From assembly GCF_006345805.1 (NCBI RefSeq), contig NC_042998.1, positions 201,748,001-201,812,000 of the forward strand: a stretch of DNA of 64,000 bases. Direction: 5' to 3'. Position numbers and translations under genes: made by a program. The DNA comes from Octopus sinensis (Eukaryota). The notes under the pieces are model-generated. The model ran no database searches. It saw only the letters and a list, made by a program, of their open reading frames with translations, and was not told the origin of the DNA. Of the stretch, positions 1-12,567 are shown one piece after another; position 1 is the stretch's first letter; every line of letters begins with the position of its first letter.

Positions 1-37
1 TATACTACTGTGTTGATAGATCGAACACAGCTTATCA

Positions 38-269
38 TTTTGTTTATTACCTACAAGGGGCTAAACATAGAGGGGACAAACAAGGACAGACATAGGTATT
101 AAGTCGACTACATCGACCCCAGTGCGTAACTGGTACTTAATTTATCGACGCCGAAAGGATGAAAGGCAAAGTCGACCTCGGCGGAATTTGAACTCAGAAC
201 GTAACGGCAGACGAAATACCGCTAAGCATTTCGCCCGGCGTGCTAACGATTCTGCCAGCTGGCCGACCT
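38..269 (-). mobile_element. tRNA-derived SINE, family A, full length
   Basis: Minus strand reads ...agctggcagaatcgttagcacg...gagttcaaattcc (A/B-box-like), then gcctttcatcctttcggcgtcgataaattaagtaccag. 14-bp TSD aacacagcttatca at 24-37 and 270-283. Many homologous copies in the window. Confidence 0.9.
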
Positions 270-1061
270 AACACAGCTTATCAACCTACGTGTATACTAA
301 AGAAGCATAAAGTTTGAGGTGGATTCAGTAAAAGAATTTCAGTGTGTCGACTGTATGAGTTTGATTAGGAGGTGTATAAGATTCTGTGCGCTCGTTTATT
401 GTTGTTTGTTCTTAAGACATAGACCACTTTGTTCAGAATCTGAAGCGCGTAGAATGGAGTATATTGAAAATCAATTTTTCTTGGCAATGCAGTCAAGAGT
501 TCTAGTAAAAAAGATCGAAATCGATGTAGGTGGGGCCAAAAGAACTGTAATTGTGAGATTGGAGAATAAGTAATGTGGAGTTGTTGCGTGAGACATCTCT
601 TTTTATTCGCCCAAAATGATCAGTTAATCATCGATCAGCGAGACGGATACACAACAGGTAATACAATGATATTCTTTTTCAATTGATGCTGTTTGGTGAG
701 ACGGAGTGAAGATACAGATAGCCTTTGACATGGGGAGATGAGCTGGATTCATATAGCAATGGGAAGGACGAAATGACAGGTATATATTTATATATCTGTT
801 ATTAAGCATTTAAAAATTAAAATTAAAAATTGAAAATAAAAAAATATTGAAAAGTCAAATAAGGTTGTTAGAAATTATCTAAGGGTTTTTTGTTATATAT
901 TGATTAGATTCCATTTAGATTTGTGGTAAAATTTTTATTTTTACCTTTATATTTTTACTTTTATTTTCTTATTTCCCTTTATACATCCTCTATCCATCCT
1001 TTCTCAAAATAACTACTTATATTGAACGCTACTATTCCCCTCGAGTTAACTCTTTCATATC

Positions 1062-1109
1062 GTCTCTGAGGAAGGAATTTTCCACACATCCCAGAACCAG
1101 CTGTAAGAC
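1062..1109 (+). ncRNA. Degenerate type I hammerhead ribozyme in a PLE-like terminal repeat
   Basis: gtct-CTGAGGA-stem II region-GAAC-cagctg-TA-agac. Stem I is gtct/agac and stem III is the palindrome cagctg. GAAA is mutated to GAAC. Confidence 0.6.
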
Positions 1110-1311
1110 TATCTTTCTCTTTATAAATGTCCAATAAATTCCAGACAACATTGGTTTTCTTGTCATAATTTAGTGACCATATAGATGCTCACACAAGACC
1201 CGCATTAGACTTCTCACTCATATTATTGTCGAACCGAGAGTCTAAACACGGCCCTTCCATCGCATTTACATAGCCTTATCTGCCATCTTAGGTCTTCTAG
1301 ATGCAAACACC

Positions 1312-1350
<39 letters not shown>

Positions 1351-1362
1351 TACATATATATT

Positions 1363-1525
1363 TCTTTACAACCCACAAAGGGCTAAACACAGAGGGGACA
1401 AACAAGGATAGAGAAACAGATTAAGTCGACTACTTCGATCCCAGTGCGTAACTGGTACTTAATTTATCGACCCCGAAATGACGAAAGGCAAAGTTAACCT
1501 CGGCGGAATTTGAAATCAAAACGTA
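1363..1525 (-). mobile_element. SINE family A, head missing, abutting the tandem element
   Basis: Near-identical to the tail half of 38-269. Stops at aacgtaat where the 1529 repeat begins. Confidence 0.85.
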
Positions 1526-1528
1526 ATG

Positions 1529-3121
1529 CACTTAACTTGTCTCTTCCTCTCTCTCTCATTCTTCATTCTCTCTCTCCCTTTCACCATTCTTCATGGTCTC
1601 CTCGCACCATTCCCCTTCTTCTCTCTCTTCCTCTTGCTTCCTCCTCCCCCATTCCCGTCATCCATCTGCGACGATACTTCCGTCGTAACTGCTATCCTGT
1701 CTTTTCTCGCCCGCCTTGTAAGGCTTCTGGTCGACAAATTTTCCTCTCTCGTCTTCCACGATAATCCAGCGTTTGCAATACTTTTTTCGTCTGGCGTTAA
1801 CAGCCCTTCTTATCTTGTTCTCCTTGTCCTGTCTCTCACTGTTATATATTTATTTTTCCACTGTTTATATATATTTTTTACTGTTTATATGTTTGTACTG
1901 TCGTTACCGTCTTGCTTTTTTTTACCCCTCTGCGAAAAGATCTCAGAATTTTAATTGATTTGCTTTTCGCGGAAGGAATTTTTCTTCGAAGTATACGTCT
2001 CGCTTTTATCCTTCGAAACGTTTAGTAGATGAAATCTTAGCGACTGAAGAAGGGGATTTTTTTGTTGTGCTTATTGTCCTGTATCTCTCCTTTTTTTTTT
2101 TTGCTTGTCTTGTTCCTTGTTTGTGTCTATGTGTTTCGTCTCTCTATGTGTTCGACGTCTTTTTGGTGTCCTGTACACATATATGCGTGTATATGTACAT
2201 GTAGAGGTAGGTACGTACATATATGTTTATATATATGCATATATTCTATTTTATTAACATATTATACGACTAAACGCACGCACCCTATTAAGTAAGATTG
2301 TTCTGTTTATCAAGTTAGCCTTGATATTAACTCTCACGCGACTCTGCATCTTTCTTTCTTTCTCTCCCATTCCCTTTTTCGTCTTTTTTCCCTCACTTAA
2401 CTTGTCTCTTCCTCTCTCTCTCATTCTTCATTCTCTCTCTCCTTTCACCATTCTTCATGGTCTCCTCGCACCATTCCCCTTCTTCTCTCTCTTCCTCTTG
2501 CTCCTCCTCCCCCATTCCCGTCATCCATCTGCGACGATACTTCCGTCGTAACTGCTATCCTGTCTTTTCTCGCCCGCCTTGTAAGGCTTCTGGTCGACAA
2601 ATTTTCCCTCTCTCGTCTTCCACGATAATCCAGCGTTTGCAATACTTTTTTCGTCTGGCGTTAACAGCCCTTCTTATCTTGTTCTCCTTGTCCTGTCTCT
2701 CACTGTTATATATTTATTTTTCCACTGTTTATATATATTTTTTACTGTTTATATGTTTGTACTGTCGTTACCGTCTTGCTTTTTTTTACCCCTCTGCGAA
2801 AAGATCTCAGAATTTTAATTGATTTGCTTTTCGCGGGAAGGAATTTTTCTTCGAAGTATACGTCTCGCTTTTATCCTTCGAAACGTTTAGTAGATGAAAT
2901 CTTAGCGACTGAAGAAGGGGATTTTTTTGTTGTGCTTATTGTCCTGTATCTCTCCTTTTTTTTTTTGCTTGTCTTGTTCCTTGGTTTGTGTCTATGTGTT
3001 TCGTCTCTCTATGTGTTCGACGTCTTTTTGGTGTCCTGTACACATATATGCGTGTATATGTACATGTAGAGGTAGGTAGGTACGTACTATATGTTTATAT
3101 ATGCATATATTCTATTTTATT

Positions 3122-3126
<5 letters not shown>
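1529..3126 (+). repeat. Tandem duplication (about 865-bp period) of a pyrimidine-rich non-coding PLE pLTR-like element
   Basis: 1529-2255 and 2394-3126 are nearly identical. The second copy runs into (TA)n(GA)n. A diverged relative lies on the minus strand at about 31720-32460. Confidence 0.85.
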
Positions 3127-3196
<70 letters not shown>

Positions 3197-3207
3197 GAGA
3201 GAGAGAT

Positions 3208-3242
<35 letters not shown>

Positions 3243-3569
3243 AGAGAGTGGACAGATGCTACTGAACAACCCAGGCATTGGGAGTTTTCTGCATTAGTAA
3301 GTGTTGAAGGCTATTGCACGAAATTCTCGGGCCGTATGTAACTCTGTAACTTCTGACGTTTACTAATAAATTATTTCTAATTTTGCCAAAAGTTTTGCTA
3401 AACCATTTGGCTGGTGTGCTAAAAATTCTATTAGCACACTACCTTTTCCCTATTATTGATGATTCTGTGTGTGTGTGTATGTGTGAGTGTATGCGTGTAT
3501 TCATACTTTTAGTTCTCTTTCCGTGTTTGTATCACCAAACCAAGCCAGGTATATTATATAGAGTACAAT

Positions 3570-4280
3570 TCGTTTTTACCAAAGGGGTGCGCAGCGGCCG
3601 TTAGTCTTTGTAAGCTATCTACTTTTATGATTTATCCAAAATATATTTTTCCTCCACAATTTTCAAATGTATTTCGATGCTATGCCTACTGCTTTATCGC
3701 TTATTCTCCCACTAATTCTTAACAATCTCCTAAGATACTGAATTTTGAAACCCTGTATTTTCTAACTATTTTTTGAAGTCTCTTATTCAGGTCTGTACGG
3801 CACTATTCGAAATATATGTGTGCAAAACTTTAAACTTTTTTATTTTCTGATGGATTTTTGCATTGACGTTTAAAAAGATAGCAGCAGATACATCTTTTGA
3901 AATTCTGTTTATTTTCTCTTTACTGTCGCAACATTGATTTGTAATCATACTTCCAGGATCAGAAAATTCCTGCTCCACTTTGACAGTTTGATTATCAATT
4001 ATTACAAAGCTGTCATGATCATATGCTCCCGAGATAATCATTGATTCAGTTCTGTCAAAATTGATAAATAAACCATATTCTTCACGTTTTTTTTTCTTTA
4101 TTTCACTTTCTTTAACAAAATCCGTTCTTTTATATTCCCATCTGTAAAGACAATATGATCAGCATATCTGAGATTACCAACCTTTCTTCTACCGATTTTA
4201 ACTGTACTTTAAATTTATAACACTTCCGTCATCGCATTTTCTGCATAAAGGTTAAACAAAGAAAGAGACGGTATACCTAT
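3570..4280 (-). mobile_element. Decayed RTE-clade LINE, reverse transcriptase 3' part
   Basis: Minus translation gives SLFNLYAENAMTEVL...VKIGRRKVGNLRYADHIVF, followed by IIDNQTVKVEQEFSDPGSMIT. Contains stops and frameshifts. Confidence 0.8.
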
Positions 4281-5693
4281 GTCTAGTTAAAATGTTTATA
4301 TATGCAAGAAGTAATTTTTCACCGTGCTCTAGTTTTCTTAATAATCACTATCTTATATTAAAAGCAGCATCCCTTTTAGTTTCCCTTTCTAACATCCATT
4401 TTATATGTGGCATTCTATACTGAGGAGAATACTAACAGCCTAATGCTATACTGCAATATTTTGGTGTTCTTATACAGAACGTTGTTAAATTTTTGCGGTC
4501 AACAGAACGAAATTTGATTTAATCTAATTAATCAACAATAATTTTAATTTTTCCTCTTTGTGCAGTTCTGTAAATGTTACACCAAAGATTTTAAAGGTTT
4601 ACCTGAAAGCCGTGCCTTTACGCTGATTTACAGAATTTGCATAGATTCAATAAGATCTAGGGGGAAGTGTATTGAAATAAAGCAAGTAGTACATATAGTC
4701 AGAGTATTATTGAGGATATTAAACATTTCCTTCAACGCTTCACCGTGACCGTATTTCCATATCGTGTTTTTTTAAAATCATAATCGTAAGTTGCATTCAC
4801 CAGACTCCAAGATTCAGTGTCTGTCTTAGCTGCGTATGTAAGTGCGGTGGGGTTATTTTGTTGCCTAATACTTAAAGTAATCCTCTTGGTATATGGTATG
4901 TGGAATATATGCGTGCGGGCGAATATGCAAGTTGATTAGATTCGGTAAAAATAGTTTTTTATGACAACGGAAAATACTAAATGTTTATAGATAGTTGCCA
5001 TTTTTAGTCATCGGGGTACTGTGCCATTGAATATGGTTGTATTCCTTGTACAGTGAAGTGCAGTGCAGTACGATTTTTAAATATATATATAAATCAATGC
5101 GAGGGCTAGATTTATACTTAGTAAAATGGGAAATGTTAGGCCTGTACTGAAAATTAACTATTAGTATGTATTGGGGATGCTGAACGAAGAAGATACAGCA
5201 TGGTTGCATAACTTGAAAGGAAGGCTACTGAATCACACCAAATGATATCTTACTGTTTTTAAATTTAATAACAAATGAATAATTTCGAGCTATATATTAT
5301 ATATCTGAATAATTGATTGAATGGCTTATATGCCTAAGTTTTGTCTCTGTAAGTCTGTATTGTATTTTAAAAGAATATATGGTATCCCATTCACAATTAA
5401 ATAATGTATGTTATCAGTAATGTTACAAATAAGTCGCAATCGATCATACTTTCTTGGAGAAGTGAAATTTCTTAAGAAAATATAAAACAGCACCTCAGTT
5501 AGAAGTGCTAAATTATTATAACAATATTTCTCAAGAATCTTCCCTTAATTTTGACTCGAAACATGTTTAAATATAATTCATTTTAGAGCAAATATTTATC
5601 ATTGATACAGCATACGACACGCTTGGTTTAGAGAAGTCTCAAACCAAAAATTTACTCAATATAGCCTCTTGTTTTTGTTGTTTCCGTTGTCAG

Positions 5694-5801
5694 TGATGGT
5701 GGTGGTTTTGGCGTTGCTGTGGTGGTGGGGGTTATGGCTGTGGTGGTAGTGATGGTGGTGGTGGTGGTAGTGGTGGTGGTGGTGGTGGTGGTGGTGGTGG
5801 T
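5694..5801. repeat. (GGT)n microsatellite
   Basis: Seen directly. Followed by a very degraded SINE family A copy (about 5802-5960). Confidence 0.9.
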
Positions 5802-7696
5802 TAGGACAGCAGATTGGTGGAATTCTTTGAAATTTCGGAGATTTCCTTAGCTACTTACCTTCTTGCTTTCAATCTTACCGTCGTCAATCTTCCTTTGAAC
5901 CATCCGTGAACAATCAAATAAAGAACCTACCTAGTACCGTAGTCGATTTCATGGATTTCTCGCCAACTACAAAAGTATGTTTCTGGTCTTGAGATTATGT
6001 AAGATATCATCATGCCCATCCTGAGTAAGAAAGCCTATGTGCAAAGTATTTCAAGGTATTATCCCCACTTTCCCTTTTAGACTTAGCTTACCTTGAACCA
6101 TACTCTCTGACGTCTCTCTTCTCTTGAAAAAAAAAATGATTCCGTTCAACCTCGTAGCCGATATGTTCAGAGACAGAAAAAAATGATGTCATACAAATTA
6201 TTCCTATTTATGTAAATATTGTTATATGACAGTTGTTGTCCGAAATTGGGCAGAAAATATTCAATATTTTTGCTAAGTCAAAAGCTCTGAGGGTATTTTA
6301 TGAACCCTCATAGTGATCTTTGCAATAGCTCTGACGCAGTTAGAAATGTTGTTTTCAGCTATTCAAACCAATGCGATTACTGAAAGTTTGTGTCTGATAA
6401 TGTTTGATGTAAATCAGTTACTGTTGGTTTCTGTACAAGAAAAATATTATTTCTCTATTAAAGAAAGTCCTAGTATTAAGACACATTTATGTAAAGTGAT
6501 ATTTGCCTGAATGTTATCTACCATTTATAATCAATATGAAATGTTAACAAGGCCATACATAAATCAACATATTTTTATCAGTATTAAAACTATTGGTTTC
6601 AACCTTACATTATATAACTGAAGATATGCTAACATATGTGTTTTGTATAGATGTGTGGCAGAATAAAAATTGCTGAACAATTTCATAGCATTAAAATGGG
6701 GGCAAAACATATCGGAACATATTCCTTAAATATCAAATGGAACTATGTACAGAAACAACGGAAAGCAATCATCGGAGAAATTTCGGCGCTAAAAAAGAAA
6801 AGAACCGATTTCTTGTAATATTCTCAGAAGTTTCCCCCAATTGATGTTTATAATAAAGACTGAATCTATTAACCTTTATCTCAAAAATGATATGAAATAT
6901 TTCATAGTAAATCTTCGAACAAAGGAAATTGAGATCAATACAGCAAATTACATTTAAATCAAATGTATTCTTCTTTATGAAGAAAAGTAGGATTGCTCCT
7001 TTAGCCATTGATGGCTTTTAATGGAAATAATAACAACAATTATAATGCGGTTCTATAAATCGAGTCGATTCTATGCACGCAATATTGTTCGTTAACACTG
7101 ACATATCTACCGTTAAGTATATCAGTGCAACGTTTATAGCAATTATATTTTAACTTATACTCGGCAACAACCTTACGCGTATTATAAAAGACTGTAGTAT
7201 CAGCTAGTATAACACTGGAATATATATCAACTTCCAGTTTACAAAGCGTACACTTTCTTCTGCCATCCTTAAGGAAGTTGGCATGAAGATTTGTATGACT
7301 CCATTATACATGGGTATTGGGCCATATACATATAATCAATAACATTTCTAAACACATCGTTCTCCAATCTCCAAATTTATAGGTATGTATATACTATGAA
7401 TACTTTTCTGGCTCTAAGTAAAAATATGAACACTTAGTAACATACATATGTCCCATGCTATCTCTAAATTGTTTATTTGAAAACAGATATAAATAAGTGT
7501 AAGACAAAAGGAAATTAAAATGTTTCCTCTTTTGAAATTAATGACTGAATTGTTTCATACAATTCATTCATGTTGACATGTATGGTTGATATTCTAGAAC
7601 ATAAATTTTAGCAAGCATTTTGAGTCTTATTATTTCTTGTATTCCAGGGTAGTGGCTTACCAGGATCATTAGAGAAAGGGAAAATATATTTCTCAC

Positions 7697-7733
<37 letters not shown>

Positions 7734-7779
7734 ATATATTTTTTTTTCCCGCTTGTTTCAGCTTAGAGCTGTGGCCATC

Positions 7780-8055
7780 TCTTTCACTCTTTTACTCTCT
7801 CCTTTACTTGTTTTAGTCATTTCGACTGCATCCATGCTGAAGCACCGCCTTTAGTCGAGCAAAGTGACCCCAGAGCTTATTTTTTGTAAGCCTAGTACTT
7901 ATTTCATCGGTCTATTTTGCCGAACCGCTAAGTTACGGGGACGTAAAAAGACCAGCATCGGTTGTCAAGCGATGTTGGTCTGTTTACGTCCCCGTAACTT
8001 AGCGCTTTGGCAAAAGGGGGCGATAAAATACACATACACACAACATATACACACG

Positions 8056-8091
<36 letters not shown>

Positions 8092-8260
8092 TATATACGA
8101 CGGACCTCTTCCAGTTTCCGTCTACCAAATCTACTCACATGACTTTGGTCGGCCCGAGGCTAGAGTAGAAGACACTTGCCCAAGGTGCCACGCAGCGGAC
8201 TGAACCCAGAACCATGTGGCTGGTAAGCAAGCTACATACCACACAGCCACCTCATACGCC
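7780..8260 (-). mobile_element. tRNA-derived SINE, family B (internal (TA)/(TG) tract), with an internal inversion
   Basis: Homologous to 45936-46338 and 59837-60281. The head contains gtggcaccttgggcaagtgtctt (CORE-like). The tail is (gagtaaaa)n. Confidence 0.9.
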
Positions 8261-8599
8261 TATATATAGATATTTTTTTAATACTTCATGTTTTTACTTC
8301 ACCGGGTAAATTTTTCCCATTGCTTATTTTCTAGGCAATGGAATCGCATAGCATAAATTTCTCATATTGAAGTACTCGACTAATTCTACCCTCAGCAATT
8401 CTTTGTTTTTGTTGTTCGTTTCGAGAATGGTGGAGACAAGTACTGTTCCGTGAGAGAATTTTTTTTTCAAATGTACTCCATCAGGTAAGAAATATACATT
8501 ATTTATTCAAAATGAAAAATATATGTCTTTATGTGTTACTAATAGTTTCATATACTGAGAAATAGTCAAACATATTCTTCAGGCAGAGACCACATATAT

Positions 8600-9460
8600 A
8601 TTTATCTAATCTATTTTGAGTGGCTATGGATCGTGTGATGAAAGCTGCAATGGAGGGTAGAATTCACTAATAAGAATCACATAAGTTGTCCCGTTTTGCA
8701 TTTGAAAATGATTGTATTCTCTTTGCTACTCGCCTCATAAAAATGCAGGGCTTCTTGGATCGTGTCATGCGAGAAGAATATTATGTGGGGCTAGAAATCG
8801 ATGAATCGAAGACAGAGTATATTACCGTTAATATAAACACAGACGAAACAACTGGCCTCCTAGCAAATGGAAAGCAGCTACCCAGGATTGAGAAATTCAC
8901 TTACCTTGAATTGACTATTACTGATCACACTTATAACTCAAAGAGTGACATCATAGACAGAAGGAAATGAGCAGGTGGAGTAATGTCGCAGATTCAACAC
9001 CACTGGTCGTCTGACATCACCACAACAACGAAGATAATGTACAAAATTCTGTTTTCCGACTTTTGCACATGGATGCGAGGCGTGTGTAACGAACACGATT
9101 CGACAAAGGAACGCGCTGAACACAGTTCCCACAATAAACCCGTGGAAAATATATATGATATCCTATAACGACCACATTTCCGATGATACATTGTACTAAA
9201 TGGCTAACAAAAAACAGATAAGCAGACGGATACAGGAACGCCGACTGAGCTAGATTGGTCACTAACTACGGCACCCACCCAATGAATGCTATGATCAGTG
9301 ACTACTGCTTAACACCATAGAAGTTCAAAAGCGCGAGAGGGAATGAACAAAAATTACTTACCACCGTATGATTCGTACATACTTAGTGATATCGCTGAAT
9401 GAAATATCTCTAACCGCTGAAGATGGAAACGAGTGGAAAGCCTAAATAAACTGTCTGCCA
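8600..9460 (+). mobile_element. Decayed LINE RT C-terminal fragment (RTE/RTE-X-like)
   Basis: FAFENDCILF (decayed FADD), VGLEIDESKTEYI, NGKQLPRIEKFTYL and SDIIDRR match RT domains 5-7 and the thumb. Confidence 0.75.
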
Positions 9461-9514
9461 ATGACTGTACCCAATATTTCCCTATTATTCATATTTCTTG
9501 GTTGAATTCTGAAT

Positions 9515-9580
<66 letters not shown>

Positions 9581-10124
9581 AATGTATATGATCATTACAA
9601 ATATAGGGTAAATAATTATTATCTGTAATGATTATTTCACTCCGTGATAGCACACTGCAATTTTCTTTCTACGGTATTAATTTCTGACGCACATGGTAAT
9701 CTTGGAGGGAAAATATGAATTTCACTCGTCTATATAAATTTGGATGTGTCGACTACCTTGTTTTATGTTCCGATGGCGCTTGGGCGGGGATGGAAAGGGT
9801 AGGTTTTCTAGCATTTTCAAATTCATAATTCTCGAAATATTATGTTGATAACGGAAACGAATTTTTATAATTCTAATCTAGGAAAGCGTCCATAATTAAT
9901 GGAAGACTGTTTGATTTCGTTACTTTTCTTCTTTTTGCCTATGTGAGTTACACATATTGTTATCTGTGGAGTCATATATATAGTGAAAAGAATTAGCTGT
10001 CTTTTCGGTATGTGGAGAAGCAACTTGTTGCTAAACCCTTAATTATATATATATATATATATATAAGAGGTAGAGGCAGAGAGATAGGAGAGAGATAAAT
10101 ATAGTTATACGTATATATATATAT

Positions 10125-10300
10125 ATATAGGCGAGGGAACAACAAGCAGGTGTATTAGTTTGACGCTCGGTAAGAATGAAAAAGTATTTCACGTATCGAG
10201 CCCATGCTCTACTACAGAAAGGGTTCAGAATAAAAGAAAAATGGAGATAGATTGATATATATGTATATATATATATTAAAATGGAACAAACACGCAACAG
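10125..10300 (-). mobile_element. Short HHR-bearing repeat (family also at 51966-52172), degenerate
   Basis: Minus strand: ttt-CTGTAGT-agagc-atgg-gctc-GATA-cgt-gaaa...gagcgtcaaactaatacac. Aligns with 52040-52110. Confidence 0.55.
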
Positions 10301-10853
10301 AGTACAATAAAAATTCGGAGTGATAGATGATACGAGGTGGACAAGAGAAACAACAATTAGCAGGACAGGCAAAAAAGACGGGTCATTCATCGCCTCTTTT
10401 CCTCAGTCAAGTCCAAAAAATCATGACTCATTTGCATATTTCCTACAAATATTGGGTTTTTTTTCCTGCCCACGATCCGACAGAAACACTAAGATTTTAT
10501 GGGCAATACTTCTCTTGTTGATGACAGATAAAAATTAATACCAAATTAATTACTACAGTGCTCTTAAGAATATGTCACGTTCTTACTATGTTGTATTTCT
10601 GCTTGATGCACACCAGATAAAACTAAGTGTGCAAGTATAAAAGACGAATGCTTCCTGCCATTTGAAGGAGAATGGCAAACGATATAAACAAAAGTGAAAT
10701 ATATTTTTGTCACCTGACAGCATCGACTCTTCAAGTTTTTTTGCTGACAAGAAGATGAATTAATAACAATATCTCATGAATAGACTTTGCATTATGAAAT
10801 ATGCAAAACTGAACTATGTATCTATTAATTTAGATAGAGTATAATCGAAGATA

Positions 10854-11229
10854 GTGGAGGCGCAATGGCCCAGTGGTTAGGGCAGCGGACTCGCGGTCAT
10901 AGGATCGCGGTTTCGATTCCCAGACCGGGCGTTGTGAGTGGTTATTGAGCGAAAACACCTAAAAAGCTCCATGATGCTCTGGCAGGGATGGTGGTGATCC
11001 CTGCTGTACTCTTTCACAACAACTTTCTCTCACTCTTACTTCCTGTTTCTGTTGTACCTGTATTTCAAAGGGCCGGCCTTGTCACGCTGAATATCCCCGG
11101 GAACTACGTTAAGGGTACACGTGTCTGTGGAGTGCTCAGCCACTTACACGTTAATTTCACGAGCAGGCTGTTCCGCTGATCGGATCAACCGGAGCCCTCG
11201 TCGTCGTAACCGACGGAGTGCTTCCATCC
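10854..11229 (+). mobile_element. tRNA-derived SINE, family C
   Basis: Head tggcccagtggttaggg...ggtttcgattccc (A/B boxes). Near-identical reverse copy at 49645-50020. Confidence 0.9.
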
Positions 11230-11294
11230 GATATAAACTTTATTTCGTTTCATATTTAATACATCATTAAGGGTTTTTCATTATGTACATATCC

Positions 11295-11465
11295 GACAGC
11301 GAGGTGGAAAAGTCGTTAGAATTCCAGGCAAAATTCTTGACAATACGTCCGTCTTTACCTTCTAAGTTCAAATTCCACCGAGGTCGACTTTATCTTTCAA
11401 CTGTTAGGAGTTGATAAAATAAATAGCAGCTACGTTCTAGGATCGACTTACCCCACTCCCTTGCA
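11295..11465 (+). mobile_element. SINE family A, degraded
   Basis: agttcaaattccaccgaggtcgacttt...gataaaataaatagcag matches the family A core. Confidence 0.7.
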
Positions 11466-12200
11466 GAAATGCTTGTGTTTCTGCTACCCATGTAATATGG
11501 GATTTTAGCACAAAAATAAGAATCAACAGCGGAATGCCTCCCTTTCTCCCACGTATTTATAAAGATTAAAATGTGAAGCCCAGCACTTAAATAAGATTCA
11601 GAAATTTATTGGGTGTCAGATGTCTTGCTGTTCCTTAGTCACGGATGTTTCGGAGTTGGAAGATTTCTGGTCAATGGATTTTCACCTATGGCCACAGCCT
11701 TGGACTCTATCCTTTCCTACTTAAGTATGTTGCCTGAGGATTAAGTAAAATTAACAGCTATTTTTCGCACATATAGCGACCAGATAAATTATTATTTGTT
11801 GAAAATATTTAGAGACTGTGCTTCACTGTTTTGAATGAGATTAGATTGCTATCTTTGCGCTAGAAGAAAAGAAATGTTGAAAATCATAAATCATATGTAT
11901 ATTGTCTTATTTTATAACCACAACTCATATAGTTATAAAGCAATAGTTTCGCTTTACAAGAATGTTTTTTCTAACATTTATCACTGGGAGACCATTTCAA
12001 ATAAACTTCCTTTCTTAAAAAATAACGTTATTTCTTTACATTAGTGCCTGTTGTTTAGAAAGCCATTAATCAAATTATATGTTTCCTTCTTAATTATATT
12101 ATCAGATTTACACCAGTGTACATTTCATAAATGTAAGTCTTTTTAGAATCTACGTGAAATTCCATGAGTCATTATATTTTCTAATATTTATTCAGAAATA

Positions 12201-12410
12201 AAGGCGGTGAGCTGGAAGAATCGTTAGCACGGCGGGCAAAATGTTAAGCGATATTTCGTCCGTCTAAGTTTTGTGTTAACTTTCTTCCGAGGTCGACTTA
12301 GCCGTTCCTTGTTTTGATGTCGATGAAAAGAGCACCAAGTGAGTGCTGGGGCCTATGTAATCGAGCTACCCCGTAATCGCTCGCTTTCTGCAAAACTTCG
12401 AAACCAATAA
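12201..12410 (+). mobile_element. SINE family A, degraded
   Basis: aaggcggtgagctggaagaatcgttagcacg head plus ccgaggtcgactt core. Confidence 0.75.
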
Positions 12411-12567
12411 GTTGCCTTAAACATATCTAGACGGTACATTTATCCTTCAGTTCACATATGCACTAGCACTGTCATTGCGTGAAGTGTATATATTTTGGAA
12501 TACTAACCAGAACCCCTACACCTGTTCTACGCACAATATATGCACACACACAAACACAAACACACAC

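Noticed and set aside
290-600. Possible minus-strand GIY-YIG C-terminal remnant (also about 32920-33045)
   Set aside because: Only faint similarity, with multiple stops.
1510-3176. Hydrophobic ORFs of 76-142 aa
   Set aside because: They are translations of the pyrimidine-rich duplicated repeat, and the frames differ between the two copies.
10854-10930. tRNA-like sequences as true tRNA genes (also 13459 and 22150-22223)
   Set aside because: They are SINE heads fused to repeat bodies and lack complete acceptor stems.
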